A stretch of 63,898 nucleotides of DNA, the filler included, from Cercozoa sp. M6MM (Eukaryota; Protista; Endomyxa: Ascetosporea): the NCBI GenBank assembly GCA_040357565.1. It is 13 parts of 13 records of this genome, joined end to end, with 100 filler letters (N's around TTAATTAATTAA, not from the genome) between each part and the next. Parts side by side here need not be neighbours in the genome. Positions count along the whole stretch, not along the records: positions 60,669 to 63,898 come from JBDODJ010001550.1; 12 more parts are not named here. One strand, written 5' to 3'. Of the stretch, positions 61,931 to 63,898 are shown piece after piece. The notes beneath the pieces are model-generated. The model worked only from the letters and a program-made list of their open reading frames with translations, had not been told where the DNA came from and did not search any database. The translations under genes were made by a program, and so were the position numbers. The first letter of the stretch is position 1. The number at the start of each line of letters is the position of its first letter.

Positions 61931-62269
61931 AAACGCCGTAGCCTCAGTTTGTTCAGTTGTTTGTCAAACGGTGCTGTAAAGCTTGCTAAAATCTAAGCAA
62001 CGACGTGCTCTAATCTGTCCCATGCCAGTAAGCACTATCACAGCGCAGTTAATTGCAGCTGAGTGCCGGTGAGCGTTCAACCAACGGAGATCATCCGTGA
62101 ACGCCCACTGGTAGACCGATCGGTGACATTAGCGGAGTTCTTGATTTGTTCAAGTACGTGTGTGTGTGCTATTGGTTCCGTGTACGCGCTAGAACGAGCG
62201 CATCGGAGCCACGAGTGTTTTCTACTGGATTGACTTTTCACTGGAGGTGTTGACTCCGACCGCGTGGAG

Positions 62270-63850
62270 ATGCGCCTGGCCGACGCCGTGGCATCGCCTG
62301 ATCCACTGGGCGTGCGGCATCGTGCGCGATCAAAGCACTTGGAGGTACCTTTTTCAAACCCTGCTGACAAATAGAGAAAAAGAAAAATGGGAAATGCGAA
62401 AAATGCGTGTGCAGGAAGCGCCGAGACAAGCGCTGTTCACTACGCCCAAAAAGTCGCGCAAACCGAAGTGTAACCTGTCCCGTAGTCTGTTTCGCAGAGT
62501 GAGAGTGGTTGTTGTCTTGTGCAGCTCGGGTCAGTCAGAGTGGAAGCAGAGGGTAACTTTTGATGTTGGACAAGACTGTTTACGGGTCCACCAAGGTTGT
62601 TGTGCTTGCTTAGCAGTTCTTCTCGTCGCCTGTTGTCGAGTGTGCACCGTAGGAGTGCCTTGAGCACAGTAAGAACTCCTGTCGCTGCCCTTGCGACTCT
62701 CAAGTTTCGTTTTTTCGCAGTGGCTACGCGAGTTGAGCGACTGGCGCGAACCGGCGCACTCTGCGATTGCTTTGGTACTTTCTTACTTCCTTGACCCTGC
62801 TTTTAAGCTCTTACCTTTTCGTTCTTCTTAGGGTCTGCAGCTCGTGTTCTGGCGCATGTTGCGTGAAGATGTCACCTTTGTTGCTGTAGCTTGACTAACT
62901 TACTCTGACCCTGTTTACTCCCTCTGTTACCCTTATGTTGACTCCCTTACTCTCTCAGGCGGTGTGTTACCTGGTGGCCGTTGTGCTGATGGGCGCCGTT
63001 TGTTTCGCGGTGCTGCTGTACGGGTACGCACACCACGCGCACCGAGACGTGCCTCTGGTAGGGCCTGTACACACACGCTTACCTCTTACCCTCCCTTCTC
63101 CCTGCGTAGGTGATTGCTCCGCCGTCGTCGCTTGAAGCTCGTTTTTTGCAGGTGTTTTACACCCCCCCCCAGGTGGTATGTACACTGACTGACCTGACTC
63201 ATGTAGCAACCGTCGGTGTTGCTGACTTCTGCGGCCGAATTGCCGTCGGCACAGCTACCTCCAGTATCTTTGAAACTACGGGGGGGGGTAACAGCTGGGA
63301 GGCTAATGGATAAAGAGAGGTCGAAATGCGTCTAGGTGCCGCACATTTCGGAGAGCGAAATGCGACTGATCGTAGCCGAAGCGACTCGTTTCGTAAACGA
63401 GATTTTGCGCGCAGTGCACTCGGCCATGTTTCTTGGTATCCCATATCCCTACCCCCCCCCCTACCATATCCCTTATTCCCATATCCCTGCCTACCTACCT
63501 ACCCCCTCCCCCTCCCCCCGTAGGAGAGTACAAGCACGCGATGAAGCTGGCGAGCAAGCTGCTGCTGATGGCGCAGGTCGCTCGTTTTTATCACTCGGCC
63601 GACGCCGTGCTGCTGCTTGTCGGTGCTGCTTTTTACTCCTCCTTTAGATTCTTTTATTATATTTTTATCGTATTTTTTGTTTTCTTTGTTTGCTTGTGTT
63701 TAAATTACTTATAAAACCGTAGATTGTTATTATTTGTTCATCTGTCCCTTAACACTCCCTTTACCCCCTTTTTGGGGGGGGGGGCGGCCCCAACAGGCTA
63801 TGGAATGATCTGGCGGCCATTGCGTCAGCGATACCCGGAGAAGTGTCAGA
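62270..63850 (+). CDS. reticulon-domain protein, 3'-truncated
   Basis: LSDWREPAHSAIAL, a long hydrophobic hairpin, ISESEM...FVNEILR, and a second hydrophobic hairpin KLLLMAQVARF...RQRY. Confidence 0.78.
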
Positions 63851-63898
63851 TGTAGACCCTGCTTACCTCTTCACCATCTACCCCTCTCACCCCTCCCA

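Noticed and set aside
1-63898. Alternative genetic code, or widespread non-canonical introns
   Set aside because: All three stops terminate genes, no in-frame stops were seen in conserved exons, and the junctions checked are GT-AG.

Overview
Gene-dense, intron-rich eukaryotic (protist-like) nuclear DNA using the standard genetic code (TAA, TAG and TGA stops all seen; GT-AG introns mostly 40-200 nt). The window is not contiguous. It is 13 contigs joined by artificial 100-bp linkers (N44-TTAATTAATTAA-N44), and most breaks fall in intronic poly-C/G or (CA)n tracts, so neighbours across linkers mean nothing. Gene models were spliced by eye and coordinates are approximate gene spans. Recognisable genes: G-alpha, a large secreted Cys-rich modular protein, a 2xLIM protein, an exosome RNase PH subunit, TXNDC17, an M28 aminopeptidase, a GRK-type RGS-kinase, WDR61/Ski8, a zf-4CXXC_R1 protein, RFC2, a GST, a Snf2-type HSA fragment, NOG1, a giant EGF/ephrin-receptor-like surface protein, a PstS-like phosphate-binding-domain protein, an RCC1-family protein, strumpellin, proteasome beta-1, IBA57, mitochondrial uS13, TrmO, Hop2, a Patched/Dispatched-like SSD protein, a BRCT protein, AzoR, a PGRP-type amidase, symplekin and a reticulon. 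The most unusual signals are: (1) introns largely built from tandem motif arrays, including C-rich TTACCC arrays on the sense strand, branch-point-like YTNAY arrays, and a shared TGTACATATGGAC family found in unlinked genes; (2) an animal-like GRK alongside a canonical G-alpha; (3) a proteasome beta-1 with an Arg45Val S1-pocket change; (4) an unfamiliar phase 1-1 six-cysteine exon module; (5) several intron-containing bacterial-type genes (AzoR, PGRP amidase, PstS domain). No database searches were run; all identities come from recognising motifs.
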